Part shown: in pieces, positions 38,951 to 49,806 of the stretch | Position numbering within the stretch: position 1 is the stretch's first letter | Layout of the letters: each line of letters starts with the position of its first letter | Assembly (NCBI GenBank): GCA_963842885.1 | Contig: CAWJIE010000004.1 | Span: 64,001 to 128,000 of the forward strand | Source: an uncultured Nitrososphaerota archaeon | GTDB lineage: Archaea; Thermoproteota; Nitrososphaeria; Conexivisphaerales; DTJL01 | Length of the DNA stretch: 64,000 nucleotides | Reading direction: 5' to 3' | The notes under the pieces: model-generated | Databases searched by the model: none | Told to the model about the DNA's origin: nothing | The model's input: only the letters and a program-made list of their open reading frames with translations | Program-made: the position numbers and the translations under genes

Positions 38951-39728
38951 TTGCCAGGACCGAACCTCCCTGATGTCGGTGAAGTGGTCCTAGTCTCCGT
39001 CATTCAGCTCACGCCTTACGGCGCCTACGTCACGCTGGACGAATACAACGGCCAGAGGGGTTTCCTTCACAACTCAGAGGTGACCACCGGCTGGGTGCGT
39101 CACATAGAGAGGTTCGTCAAGGAGGACACGAAGATGGTCCTCAAGGTAATCAGGATAGACAGGCAGAGGAACGAGGTCGACCTTTCGCTTCGCCAGGTCA
39201 CCAGCGAAGAGCACAAGGAGAAGCTCATCCAAGTCAAGAGAGAAGCCAAGGCCAGAGGCGTGCTTGACATCGTGAAGAAGGAGCTCGCGATGGCCACCGA
39301 CGCCGAAGTCCGGTTCAAGCTGGCCGACGAATTCGGCTCCCTCTACGACGCCTTGGAGGCCTGCATGCGCAAGGGCCCGGCTGTCCTGTCCAAGACTGAA
39401 CCTTGACCAGAAGTACGTCGACTCCCTGATGCGCGTCGCTGCGGAGAGGTTCAAGGTCCCCAGCGTCGAGATCAAGGGAGTCTTCGAGCTGAATTCGCTG
39501 AGGCCCGACGGGATATTGGTAATAAAGGACGCCTTCTCCAAGGCCATGGCGGCCGTGCCACCCGACGTGCGCGTGGAAGTCCTCTACGCGGGCGCATCTC
39601 GCTACAACCTGAGACTGTTTGCTGAGAACTTCAAGGTCGGAGAGCGGGTCCTTGCGGGGCTCGTGGACGCATTGAAGTCTGAAGTCGGCAGCAGGGGAAA
39701 CATCAGTTTCGTCCGTGAGAAGAGCTGA
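38951..39728 (+). CDS. eif2a: Translation initiation factor 2 alpha (frameshift near 39395)
   Basis: PDVGEVV, GAYVTLDEY, DLSLRQV S1 domain; C-terminal YAGASRY in the second frame; conserved gene order. Confidence 0.92.
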
Positions 39729-39735
39729 ACCTGTT

Positions 39736-39906
39736 TTGAAGGGTATCATGCGTCGCTGTGAGAAGTGCGGCTCCTACACATTCAAGGAGGCCTGTGGCAA
39801 TTGCGGAGGCAGGACGGTTCTGGCCCATCCCCCGAAGTTCTCGCCGCAGGACAAGTACCTGAAGCTCAGGATGCAGGGCCTAATCAAACAAGGCTCAGAC
39901 GACTGA
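39736..39906 (+). CDS. nop10: H/ACA RNP protein Nop10
   Basis: CEKCGSYT...CGNCG...HPPKFSPQDKY. Confidence 0.93.
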   Translation: MKGIMRRCEKCGSYTFKEACGNCGGRTVLAHPPKFSPQDKYLKLRMQGLIKQGSDD

Positions 39907-39946
39907 TTCGAACGTGGCAGCGCGACCTTCTAGCTAGCTGGCCGGA

Positions 39947-42103
39947 TCACGGATTTATCTTGTATATCAGCACCTGCGCGAAGAAGCCGGATGAGTCGGG
40001 CGTGCCAGCCGACTTGAACACCAGCTCGAACGGATGGGCTCCTGCGGGATACGTAATATTGTAAGTGTAGAAGGGCAACTGAATGATGGTCGAACCTGCG
40101 GTCGTGACGTAGGTGGGCGATATCGTGTTAATCGAGCCGGTGGTACTGTCGATCTGGGCATACCCGTCGAAGGCGAAGGGCAGGAGCTCGCCCATGAGCG
40201 TGGAGTTCCAGAAGGTGTAGGTGGGCATCTCCGTGTAGGGATCGAGGAAAGGCGTGAGAGATACGCCAGCAATGTTGGCCATCTGGTCGAACTTGCCGTC
40301 ATCTCCGCCAAGAGAATACACCCTGCCCAGGACGTCGTAGCCATTGCCGAGGTTGCGACCGGTGGCGAACACGACGATGTAATCGCCCCCGATGTCTTCG
40401 GCGATCTTCAGTGCGTCCGTGCTGTTGGACATGTACATAGAGCCGACCTGGGCTATCCTGGTCGTGTTGAGGGTACCGTTGTCAACGAACGTCGTGCGGT
40501 TGCCCATGACCGTTATCCAGTATCCGTAGTCCCACCACGAGATGATCTTGGCGTTGGCGGGGGTGTTCGTGCTGATCCAGGTCAACGCCTGCTGCCAGTC
40601 CGGGATGTCCTCGCGGCTGAGCAGGGTGCCAGAAGAGGAGATTTGCATGGCCCTGTCGGTCACTGGCTGCCACACCTCGACGGCGGCGAAGAACAGCAGG
40701 AAGATCATGGCGAACGCGAAGATGGCCTTCTTGGCGTTAATCGTGGGGTCTGGAGCCTTCTTCTTGGGGTCGGACTTCATCGCGATGTACCTTGAGGCCA
40801 GCTCGCTGAAGACCGCCCCCGCCGCCACGGCAGCCATTATGGAGAGGTAGACCTGCAGCCTCGCGAACGAAGATGCGACGTAAAGGGAGGAAAGGAACGC
40901 CAGGACGGCGAGGATCGAACCGGCGGTTCTCTTCTTGAGCAAGAGGTACCCTCCGAAGAGGGCAAGGATGAGGACTATGGAGTAAGAATCCAAGAGCTCG
41001 ACGCCGCTGGTCGACTGGTGCTCCGCCACGGACGAGACTATGGCGGCGTTCGCCCCGACGGTCCTGTAGAATGGGTCGATGACGGAAAGGTACCGGGCTG
41101 AAATGGTGTTAGGAAGAAGGAGGAAGACGACTATCGCCAGGACGCCCATTCCTACAAGCGTGCCCCACTTGCCGATCACCTTGTTCCTGTCGGGGAGCCT
41201 TCTGCCCACGTAGGTAATCAGGAGCCCACCAACGAGGCCGAGCTCAAAAACAAGCATGGAGGCGCTCCTGTACCAGTCGATGCCGGGGTTGGGGAAGGCA
41301 GACCCTACGATGATGTCGAAGATCAGGATTATGAAGCCGGAGTAGGACTTCCTGTAGTCCACCGAGGTAAGCAGTGGGACCACCAGGAACATCAGGCCGA
41401 AGAGTCCGTTGAAGTACTCGCCTCCGCCCCAGCAGACGTTGGTGTAGCCCAGGACGAGGCCCGCCAGGATGGAGTACATCCACATCTTCCTGAAAGAGGG
41501 GGACTCGTAGGCCACCAGCCCGAGATAGAGGGCCGTGACACCTAGGAAGAGCGCTAAGGGCTCGTGCTTGTACCAGCCGATGCTGGACCTGAGGAGGAAG
41601 CCTGGAGTAAGGACGGTGAACAGCGCCGCCGCGATGCCCGTCCCCGTCCCCCTAATCTTCCTTCCAAGCAGGAAGACGGGGATGATTATCAACGCACCAA
41701 AGTAAGCTGGCTGAATGACCGTATAATCGAAGAGGGAGATGCTGATGCCCAGAACCTTGGTGAAGAAGAGGTAAAGGAAGGCCGTCGTGTAGTAGAAGCC
41801 GGCGAAGGTCTCGGCGGCCATGTTGTACCCGACGGGATACCAGAAGTGGGTGTCGACGACGCTGAAGAAACTGAAGAGGCCGCCCAGCCCCTTCGTGGAG
41901 ATGTCGTTCACCACGATGTTGGTGCAGTAGTAGTGGAAGTAGGAGTCGAACTCGTCGAGCGTGTATCCGTACTGAGCAGGCGCCAGCCTGTAGAGGAGGG
42001 CGATGGCGAAGGTGAGAGCCATGGCCAGGAAAGCCGCCATCTTGGTAGCCTTGATGGTGGGCCTGTGAATCAGTGAGCGGATGCTCCCCAGAGGATTATC
42101 CAA
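39947..42103 (-). CDS. aglB: Oligosaccharyltransferase AglB/STT3
   Basis: EFDSY, SVAEHQ, WWDYG, DNGT, DDGKFDQM motifs; multi-TM. Confidence 0.95.
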   Translation of the reverse strand: MDNPLGSIRSLIHRPTIKATKMAAFLAMALTFAIALLYRLAPAQYGYTLDEFDSYFHYYCTNIVVNDISTKGLGGLFSFFSVVDTHFWYPVGYNMAAETFAGFYYTTAFLYLFFTKVLGISISLFDYTVIQPAYFGALIIIPVFLLGRKIRGTGTGIAAALFTVLTPGFLLRSSIGWYKHEPLALFLGVTALYLGLVAYESPSFRKMWMYSILAGLVLGYTNVCWGGGEYFNGLFGLMFLVVPLLTSVDYRKSYSGFIILIFDIIVGSAFPNPGIDWYRSASMLVFELGLVGGLLITYVGRRLPDRNKVIGKWGTLVGMGVLAIVVFLLLPNTISARYLSVIDPFYRTVGANAAIVSSVAEHQSTSGVELLDSYSIVLILALFGGYLLLKKRTAGSILAVLAFLSSLYVASSFARLQVYLSIMAAVAAGAVFSELASRYIAMKSDPKKKAPDPTINAKKAIFAFAMIFLLFFAAVEVWQPVTDRAMQISSSGTLLSREDIPDWQQALTWISTNTPANAKIISWWDYGYWITVMGNRTTFVDNGTLNTTRIAQVGSMYMSNSTDALKIAEDIGGDYIVVFATGRNLGNGYDVLGRVYSLGGDDGKFDQMANIAGVSLTPFLDPYTEMPTYTFWNSTLMGELLPFAFDGYAQIDSTTGSINTISPTYVTTAGSTIIQLPFYTYNITYPAGAHPFELVFKSAGTPDSSGFFAQVLIYKINP

Positions 42104-42141
42104 ATTCGGCTTCTCCTCCCCTAGTCTGAGCGTAGGTAATA

Positions 42142-42561
42142 TTAACCTTCTTGAGCCGCCAGCTGCTCCACGAGCTTCGCGTAGTCGGCGGGGGTCATGA
42201 GCCCCGCCTTCTCAGAATCGAAGGCGCTGGCTTCGATTCTGAAGAACCACCCTCTGCCGTAGGGATCCTGGTTGATCGTCTCAGGGTGCTGAGCCAGATC
42301 TTCGTTGACGGCAGTCACCTTCCCGCCGACGGGAGCCATCACGTCGGAGACGGATTTCACGGACTCCACGGTGGAGGCCGCCCTTCCGCCTTCGAGCCCC
42401 GTCCCGATGGAGGGAAGCGTGACAAACACAATGTCATGAAGCATCTCTGCAGCGTAGTGGGTTATGCCCACCTCCGCCTGATTGTCGCCGATGATCCTCA
42501 GCCATTCATGACCCTTAGTGTAAAGGAGATCCTCCGGGATGTCGTACTTCCCAACCTTCAA
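42142..42561 (-). CDS. gcvH: Glycine cleavage H protein
   Basis: HEW, VESVKSVSD lipoyl-Lys, NQDPYGRGW. Confidence 0.93.
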   Translation of the reverse strand: MKVGKYDIPEDLLYTKGHEWLRIIGDNQAEVGITHYAAEMLHDIVFVTLPSIGTGLEGGRAASTVESVKSVSDVMAPVGGKVTAVNEDLAQHPETINQDPYGRGWFFRIEASAFDSEKAGLMTPADYAKLVEQLAAQEG

Positions 42562-43685
42562 ACGGCCTTCCTCCTCCAGCCGTACAACTCCGTATCATAA
42601 AACGGAGGGGGGTGTATTTCAGCTTTGCATCTCGTTCCGCGCACATCCACAGAGAGTTCCGAACCGGCCTGCACCGAGCTCGCGACGTAGGCCAAGGCGA
42701 TGCCCCTCCTGACCAGAGGGGAGAAGGTCCCACTGGTCACAAAGCCGACGTCCTCGCTGCCGTGAAGGACGCGATAGTGACTGCGAGGTATGGCGTTGTC
42801 GACGCACATCAGACCCTTCAAGGTCTTCTCCGTCCCGCCGCTGAGCTGTCGTGAATGGGTCTCTTTTCCAAGATAGTCGTTCTTCTGGACGTCGATGAAT
42901 CTGGTGAGGCCGGCTTCGACCGGGGTCGTGTCCGCCGTCAGGTCGTTTCCGTAGAGGGGCAAGCCGGCCTCCAGCCGGAGGGTATCCCTGGCGCCAAGTC
43001 CACACGGTTTCGCTTCAAATGCCTTGGCCTTCCCCATCAGCTTCCTCCACATGAGGGCTGCCTCCACCGGGCGGTCCACCGTTACACCTCTCAGCATGAG
43101 CTCGAAGCCGTCCTCTCCCGTGTATCCCGTCCTCGATGCAATCAGCTCCAATCCCTCGAAGCTGAAGGAGGAGAATCGGAACCTCTTGACCCCAGAAAGG
43201 TCCAAGGAGAGCGCTCCTTTGACCAGCTCGGCGGCCCTAGGACCCTGGACCGAGATCAGGGACGACTCCGAAGTCAAGTCGGTCAGTGCGACGTCATATC
43301 GCTTTGACCACGTGACCAGCCATTCGAAGTCCTTAAGGTGATTCGACGCGTTGACGACCATTAGGAACTTCTCCGGAGAAACCTTGTACGTTATGAGGTC
43401 GTCGATCACTCCGCCGTTCTCGTAGCACATGAAGGTATACTGTGCCCTTCCCGGCTCCGCCTTAGCCACATCCACGGTCACCATCTTGTTGAGAAACGCC
43501 TGGGCATCCCTGCCCTCCACGAGGAAGCGACCCATATGAGAAACGTCGAAGAAACCCGCACCGTTCCTTACGGCCAGATGCTCAGCGATTATGGAGTCGA
43601 AGAGGAGGGGAAGATCGTAGCCTGCAAACTCGGTCATCTTTGCGTAGGGCTTGTATTCCTCGAAGAGCTGTGTCTTGGAAGCCAA
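42558..43685 (-). CDS. gcvT: Glycine cleavage aminomethyltransferase T
   Basis: FDVSHMG, SRTGYTGEDGFE, GLGARDTLRLEAG. Confidence 0.95.
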   Translation of the reverse strand: MASKTQLFEEYKPYAKMTEFAGYDLPLLFDSIIAEHLAVRNGAGFFDVSHMGRFLVEGRDAQAFLNKMVTVDVAKAEPGRAQYTFMCYENGGVIDDLITYKVSPEKFLMVVNASNHLKDFEWLVTWSKRYDVALTDLTSESSLISVQGPRAAELVKGALSLDLSGVKRFRFSSFSFEGLELIASRTGYTGEDGFELMLRGVTVDRPVEAALMWRKLMGKAKAFEAKPCGLGARDTLRLEAGLPLYGNDLTADTTPVEAGLTRFIDVQKNDYLGKETHSRQLSGGTEKTLKGLMCVDNAIPRSHYRVLHGSEDVGFVTSGTFSPLVRRGIALAYVASSVQAGSELSVDVRGTRCKAEIHPPPFYDTELYGWRRKAV

Positions 43686-43749
43686 ACAGACTCGTGGCGA
43701 GCTACCTCAGCAGACGTTATAAGGATAGCCCGACGGGAATCACCTCGGA

Positions 43750-44535
43750 ATGGGCACTGAAGTGGTGAAACTCATCGCCGTTATGTCAAGAACGAAGAGG
43801 AGGCCTTTCGAGCTGATGGAGGAGCTCAACAGGAGTCTTGAAGCGAACGGTCTGCAGCTGGCCGACGGCGATGTTCTCCTTATTTCGGGCAAGTACCTTG
43901 CAATGGCCGAGGGCCGGTTTGTCGACCTCGACAAGGTCGTGCCCTTTGACGACGCGCGGGAATACGCCTCTAGGTTCGGCATGAGCAGCGGGCTTGCGGA
44001 GACGGTGTTGAGGGAGTCGGACTTCGTGCTACGCGGCCTTCAAGGCTTCCTCCTGACGATAAAGGATGGCTTCTTCGCACCGAACGCGGGAGTTGACAAG
44101 TCCAACATACCAAAGGGAGAGGCCATCCTTCACCCGTCCTACAGCTCACAGCTGGCCGCCAGGATCAGGAGGGAGGTTCTGGTGGCCTTTGGCGTGCGGG
44201 TGGGTGTAGTCATCACGGATAGCAGGCTGCAGCCTCTTAGGAGAGGGACGGTAGGGATATCGATTGGGTTCTCTGGCTTCGACGCGGTGGTGGATGACAG
44301 GGGGAGAAAGGACCTCTTCGGGAACAGGCTCAAGGTGACGCGCAGGGCCGTGGCTGACGATCTCGCATGCGCCGCAGAGTTGCTCATGGGGGAGTCCGAC
44401 GAGGGCGTGCCCGTAGTGATCGCCCGGTCGACTGGCCTTCACCTCTCTGACACAGACAGCTACGACATCTCGGTTCCCCCTGACGAATGCATCTTCGTCA
44501 GAGGCCTCTCCGACCACTGGAAACCCAGGGCCTAG
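43750..44535 (+). CDS. cofE: F420-0:L-glutamate ligase
   Basis: APNAGVDKSN, ITDS...LRRG, DLFGNRLKVT, LMGESDEGVP. Confidence 0.9.
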   Translation: MGTEVVKLIAVMSRTKRRPFELMEELNRSLEANGLQLADGDVLLISGKYLAMAEGRFVDLDKVVPFDDAREYASRFGMSSGLAETVLRESDFVLRGLQGFLLTIKDGFFAPNAGVDKSNIPKGEAILHPSYSSQLAARIRREVLVAFGVRVGVVITDSRLQPLRRGTVGISIGFSGFDAVVDDRGRKDLFGNRLKVTRRAVADDLACAAELLMGESDEGVPVVIARSTGLHLSDTDSYDISVPPDECIFVRGLSDHWKPRA

Positions 44536-44724
44536 TGCGGGGCCTGACTGGCCCCGACGCCGCGCTTGAACCTGAGAAGGTCGAGTTCACTTCGACGAAG
44601 TTGAGGACCCTGGAGAAGGCCCTTCAACCTGTCCGCAGTCGGTATGGGGAAATACTGCCGGCCCCCCGTTCCGATCCTGAACTCCACGACATGTTAAGTA
44701 ACCTCTCAGGGCATACAACGGGCG

Positions 44725-45544
44725 TTGCCTCTTCGGATGGGCACCTGCGGGTGGAGCTACGACGAATGGCTTGGGGTCTTCTATCCTAGCAAGGACACGC
44801 CGAAGCTCTCCTTCTACTCCAAGGTCTTCAAGACGGTAGAAGTGGACAGCACTTTCTACGATTACCCCAAAGAAAAGGTCGTCTTCGGGTGGTCCAAGTA
44901 CAGCCCCCTGGACTTCCAGTTCAGCCTCAAAATCCCCCAGCTTGATCACACACAAGAAACGACTCAGCCTCAGCCTGGGCGTTGAGAAGGACTTGGAAAG
45001 GTTCCTGGAACTCCTCAAGCCGCTTTCTGTCTTGAACAGGATCGGCGTCCTCCTGGTCCAGCTCCCGCCGAGCCTCACATCTGACCTGGACCTCCTGGAG
45101 TCATTCATCAAGGTCCTGCCTTCCGACGTGTTCAAGTTCGCTATAGAGTTCAGGCACGAATCATGGTGGAACGATGACACCTGGAGGTTGCTGAAGAAGT
45201 ACAGGGTCGCCAACACAGCCGTGGACGAACCCCTCCTTCCTCCTGACATCGTCCCGACGGCCGACTTCACATATGTCAGATGGCATGGGCTGGGCAAGCG
45301 CGTCTGGTACGACTACCGGTATTCGAAGGAGGAGGTATCGCAATGGGTGCCGAAGCTCAAGGAAGCCCTCTCCAAGTCCAAGGAGGTCTATGGGTATTGG
45401 AACAACCACTTCCATGGGTACGCTGTCCTCAACAGCCTGGAGACGTTGGGGCTCATGGGGATGCTGACCGACGAGCAGAAAGTGGTGCTGAAATCCGTCA
45501 CGGCGCAGGTGGACCACAAGCAGAAGGGGCTTCTGGACTTCTGA
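44725..45544 (+). CDS. DUF72 (UPF0759/YecE) protein (frameshift near 44940)
   Basis: GTCGWSY..W...FYP, VEVDSTFY, LVQLPPS, EFRHESW, YVRWHG. Confidence 0.88.
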
Positions 45545-45655
45545 ACCGAGCCACGACCAGCGCGGATGTCTCATTAGCCATGGCTGGCGATGAACACCCA
45601 AAGAATTATATCGTCGTTTCTCGGCGATTCAGATTCGTACCGGAAGGCCTCGCGT

Positions 45656-47302
45656 TTGACAAGGTGGATAGTCGGCTCGGCTTGGCCGTACATCAACGGG
45701 ACACCTCATCTAGGGACCTTCATGCATCTGCTATCCGCCGACGTCTATTCTCGCTATCTCAGGCTCAAAGGGGACGAAGTGGTCTCCGTTTCGGGCTCCG
45801 ATGAGCATGGGACGCCGATCGAGGTGGAGGCGACGAAGCTGGGCATCAGTCCGAAGGTGCTGACGGACAGGAACCATGCTGCCATCGTAGGGCTCCTCAA
45901 GCAGTATATGGTAGAGCTCGACAACTATACTAGGACCGAGTCGCCGGTTCACGTCAAGTTCTCCCAGGACTTCTATCTGAAGCTCTACCGTAATGGCTAC
46001 GTCTTCACCGAGTCCGTTCCCCTCCCTTACTGTCCCAGGGACGAGCGCTTCCTTCCTGACAGGTTCATCGAGGGCGTCTGCCCCTTCTGCGGCTTCGACG
46101 GCGCCAGGGGAGACCAATGCGACAACTGCGGCCACCTGCTCGAGCCCATAGAACTGAAGAGCCCGAGGTGCGTCATCTGTGGCGCGTCTCCCGTGATAAG
46201 GGATTCCGAGCATTGGATCTTCGACCTTCCGAAGCTGAGCGGACGGCTGAGGTCGTACATCGACTCGTGCCCTCAGTTTCCCGAGAACGCCAGGAACTTC
46301 TCCCACCGATGGCTCGAAGAGGGGCTGAGGCCCAGGCCGCTGACGAGAGACAACAAGTGGGGCATTCCTGCGCCCTTCCCTGGTTCCGAAGGGAAGACCA
46401 TCTATGTATGGATGGAGGCTGTGCTGGGCTACGTCTCTGCCACCAAGGAGTGGGCCGAGCGCGTTGGGGATGAGGAGGCCTTCGCCAGGTTCTGGAAGAG
46501 CAGTGACACTAAGACGGTCATATTCATGGGGAAGGATAACATCCCATTCCATACCATCATCTTTCCGGCCCTTCTGATGGCCGCGGAGGATGGCTATGTG
46601 CTTCCTTGGCAGGTGTCATCCACCGAGTTCATCCTCTTCGAGGGACAGAAGTTCTCGAAGAGCAAGAACGTCGGCATCTGGATGGACGACGCCGCCAAGA
46701 TCGCCGACCCGGAGTACTGGCGCTTCGTCCTCATGGCCATAAGGCCTCAGGGCAAGGACGCCAACTTCGGCTGGTCGGAGCTGGATAGGATCGTCAACAG
46801 CGACCTGAACGACGTGGTCGGCAACTACGTCCACAGGACCCTCACCTTCGTGAAGAGCAACTTCAGCTCTGCCGTTCCGGAGGCGGGACCTCTGGGGGAC
46901 GAAGAGAGGGCGCTGCTGGATTTCGCGAGGGAATCTGCGTCCGAATACGTCCGGCTCATGGACGCTTTCGATATCAAGGAGGCCCTGAAGCGGGTCGTGG
47001 ACCTCGCCAGGAAGGGCAACGAGTTCATCAGCGTCAGGGAGCCGTGGTCGCAGATCAAGAAGGACCGCGTCGCAGCCGCGACGACACTCTATGTGGCGTC
47101 TCAGGTCGTATACAGCATCGCTCTGATGCTCTACCCATTTATGCCAAGGTCATCGTCTCAATTGTGCGGCATGCTGGGCCTCCCTGAGGACCCTCTGAAG
47201 GTGGGCCTCAGCAAGCTGGGAACGGCCGCGCTTGAGCCAGGCCACAGGCTCAACCCACCTAGGCCGTTATTCGCCAAGATCAAGGTCCCGACGGGGAGCT
47301 GA
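45656..47302 (+). CDS. metG: Methionyl-tRNA synthetase (no C-terminal tRNA-binding appendix)
   Basis: AWPYINGTPHLG, SDEHG, Zn knuckles, KFSKS; start either TTG 45656 or ATG 45590. Confidence 0.95.
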   Translation: MTRWIVGSAWPYINGTPHLGTFMHLLSADVYSRYLRLKGDEVVSVSGSDEHGTPIEVEATKLGISPKVLTDRNHAAIVGLLKQYMVELDNYTRTESPVHVKFSQDFYLKLYRNGYVFTESVPLPYCPRDERFLPDRFIEGVCPFCGFDGARGDQCDNCGHLLEPIELKSPRCVICGASPVIRDSEHWIFDLPKLSGRLRSYIDSCPQFPENARNFSHRWLEEGLRPRPLTRDNKWGIPAPFPGSEGKTIYVWMEAVLGYVSATKEWAERVGDEEAFARFWKSSDTKTVIFMGKDNIPFHTIIFPALLMAAEDGYVLPWQVSSTEFILFEGQKFSKSKNVGIWMDDAAKIADPEYWRFVLMAIRPQGKDANFGWSELDRIVNSDLNDVVGNYVHRTLTFVKSNFSSAVPEAGPLGDEERALLDFARESASEYVRLMDAFDIKEALKRVVDLARKGNEFISVREPWSQIKKDRVAAATTLYVASQVVYSIALMLYPFMPRSSSQLCGMLGLPEDPLKVGLSKLGTAALEPGHRLNPPRPLFAKIKVPTGS

Positions 47303-47347
47303 CATTCCAGATACCTTTTTTAGAAGCTGGGCAGAAATCGACCTCTC

Positions 47348-48286
47348 ATGTCAGAGAAATTGCATCTCCCAATCCTAGTGATGGGGAGTGGCCCTGCTGG
47401 CCTTACGGCCGCCATCTATGCGGCCCGGGCAGGGTATGTGCCGGTTGTGATAGGAGGGTATGAGTTCGGTGGGCAGCTCATGCTGACGACTATCGTGGAG
47501 AATTTCACGGGATTCCCGGAAGGCGTCCAAGGGCCGGACCTCATGGCCAGCATGAGGAAACAGGCAGAGAAGGTTGGAGCCAAGATCGTGGACCGTAACG
47601 TGACCAAGGTGGACTTCTCTGTGAAGCCGTTCAGGGTCTTCGTGGAGGAGATCGAGTACACCGCTGACTCGGTGATTCTGGCCACCGGCGCCTCTGCCAA
47701 ATGGCTTGGGTTGGGATCGGAGAACAGGTTCAAGGGGAGGGGCGTCTCTTCCTGTGCAGTCTGCGACGGTTTCTTCTTCAAGGGTCAAGAGCTGGTCGTC
47801 GTGGGTGGGGGAGACACGGCTATGGAGGACGCCCTTTACCTGTCGAAGATTGCCAGTGGCGTGACGGTCATCCACAGAAGGGGCAAGTTGAGGGCTTCGG
47901 AGATAATGCAGCGGAGGGCTTTCGCCGAGCCGAAGATTCGATTCGTCTGGGACAGCGTCGTAGAGGAGGTCTTGGGCGACAGGAAGGTGGAAGGGGTCAG
48001 GGTGAAGAACCTGAAGACGGGAGAGGTCAGCACCTTGAAGTGCGGGGGCGTGTTCGTCTCCATCGGCCATCAGCCCAACACGGAGCTCTTCCGTGGCTTC
48101 ATCGATTTGGACAAGACTGGCTATGTAATCACAAAGGATGAGACGAGGTCCAGCATGGAGGGTGTCTTCGTCGCAGGGGACGTCGCCGACAAGGTGTACC
48201 GGCAGGCGATTACGGCGGCAGGGTCGGGGTGTAAGGCTGCACTTGACGCGGTGCGCTACCTCGAAGCCTTGAAGGAGCATCAGTAG
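47348..48286 (+). CDS. trxB: Thioredoxin reductase
   Basis: GSGPAG, CAVCDG, GGGDTA, QAITAAGSG. Confidence 0.95.
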   Translation: MSEKLHLPILVMGSGPAGLTAAIYAARAGYVPVVIGGYEFGGQLMLTTIVENFTGFPEGVQGPDLMASMRKQAEKVGAKIVDRNVTKVDFSVKPFRVFVEEIEYTADSVILATGASAKWLGLGSENRFKGRGVSSCAVCDGFFFKGQELVVVGGGDTAMEDALYLSKIASGVTVIHRRGKLRASEIMQRRAFAEPKIRFVWDSVVEEVLGDRKVEGVRVKNLKTGEVSTLKCGGVFVSIGHQPNTELFRGFIDLDKTGYVITKDETRSSMEGVFVAGDVADKVYRQAITAAGSGCKAALDAVRYLEALKEHQ

Positions 48287-49408
48287 AAGCTCGAAAGGTC
48301 TGTCTGTCCAGCCGTGCTCTTGAGCGAAGCCACCCTGACGCTGAGCCGTCGGGCGACGATCCCGGGTTCGTCTTCGAAGAGCTCGTCAACCAGCTGCATT
48401 CCCACCCGGACGATGGAGTCGACGTTCCTCTCCTCGCTCTTCAGAGAGCGGCTCCTGCTGTGCCCCTTGAGAATCGTGTCGATGACGAGCACTCCCACGC
48501 TCCTGTAGGAAAGCCTTGCGGCGGCGAGCTCCTGGGCTATCTCCCTGGCCATGCCTTCGAGGGACTGCGAAATCATGCCGGGATCACGGGTGTCCTCCTT
48601 CAAGGTGACCATCCGTCCGACCTGCTCCCTCTTCCAGTCGGTCAAGGGTTCATCGTCGGTGCCCTTCGAAGCCAGATAGAAGTAGAGGCCGAGCCTGCGC
48701 CCGAACTCCTCCTGCAGCTGCATTGACGACAGCTGAGACATCTCTACGATGGTCCTCGCTCCCATCGCCTCGAGCTTGTCCGCGGTCTTCTTGCCCACGC
48801 CATAGAGTTTGTCCACTGGAAGCGGGCCGAAGTGTTCGAGGAACTCGCCCTCCCTGACGACGAGCAGCCCGTTGGGCTTCGATTTGTCGCAGGCCATCTT
48901 CGCCGTCAGCTTGTTGGGGCCCACACCGACGCTGCAGGTGAGGCCCGTGCTGGCCAGGACCGCCTCCTTGACCCTGCCTGCCAAGGCGGCGGCTTCCTCG
49001 TAGCTGCCGTGGGCCTTGAGGCTGACGTCGAGATACGCCTCGTCTATGCTCTCGGGCGAAATCCGATCTGACATTTCTTCGAGGAGGGCCATCACCTTGT
49101 TCGAAACGCTCTCGTAGAAACCGAAATCAGGGGGGAGGAAAGCGGCATGTACGACCCTTGAGCAGCTCCTTGGCCCTGAAGATGGGGATCCCCGACCTTA
49201 CACCGTAGCCCCTGGCGACGTAGTTGCATGTGGCCACGGCACCGCTCTCTTCAGTTCTTCCCGAGAACATGCACACCACCACAGGCTTGGCCTTGAGAGA
49301 GGGGTCCCTTGTCTCTTCGCACTGTGCGTAGAAGTAGTCCATGTCGACGGCGATTATGATCTTCCTGGCCCCGACTGCGGGTCCCGCTGACAATCCTGAT
49401 TGCGTCAT
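48280..49408 (-). CDS. dinB: Y-family DNA polymerase IV (frameshift near 49130-49150)
   Basis: [38 protein letters not shown]. Confidence 0.92.
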
Positions 49409-49485
49409 AATGCGACTGGGTATTATAACGTTGGAGGTTCGAGTCGGTAGACTAAATAACTTCGCAAGTGAATCTCTGGCTCGCC

Positions 49486-49573
49486 GCGGGGGTCGCCCAG
49501 CCTGGCCAACGGCGTCGGGCTTAGGACCCGATCTCGTAGGAGTTCGTGGGTTCGAATCCCACCCCCCGCACCA
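49486..49573 (+). tRNA. tRNA-Leu(TAG)
   Basis: Anticodon arm TCGGG-CTTAGGA-CCCGA, long variable arm, ACCA end. Confidence 0.95.
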
Positions 49574-49806
49574 AGGCCAACGCGACTAGGCCAGCTCGTC
49601 CCTGTCGCGTCCGGTTGACCATTGGCAGCGGCCTCCATCCCCAAGGCTGATGCCGTCAAAGTCCCTAGGGCTGGACACTTCTCGCACATGGAGAACAAAT
49701 CCACGTTCAACGAATCGGTTTTGGCCTTCCTTTCGAAGTAAAACAGGGACACCATAGAGCTCCGTCTAGTGCTGGCACCAACGCGACGCTGGTCTGCAAG
49801 AAGAAC

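Noticed and set aside
42142-43685. GcvT/H without P subunits as a novel system
   Set aside because: Split gcv loci are common in archaea; P subunits may lie outside the window.
49423-49755. 110-aa minus-strand ORF
   Set aside because: Runs antisense through tRNA-Leu and has no recognisable domain.
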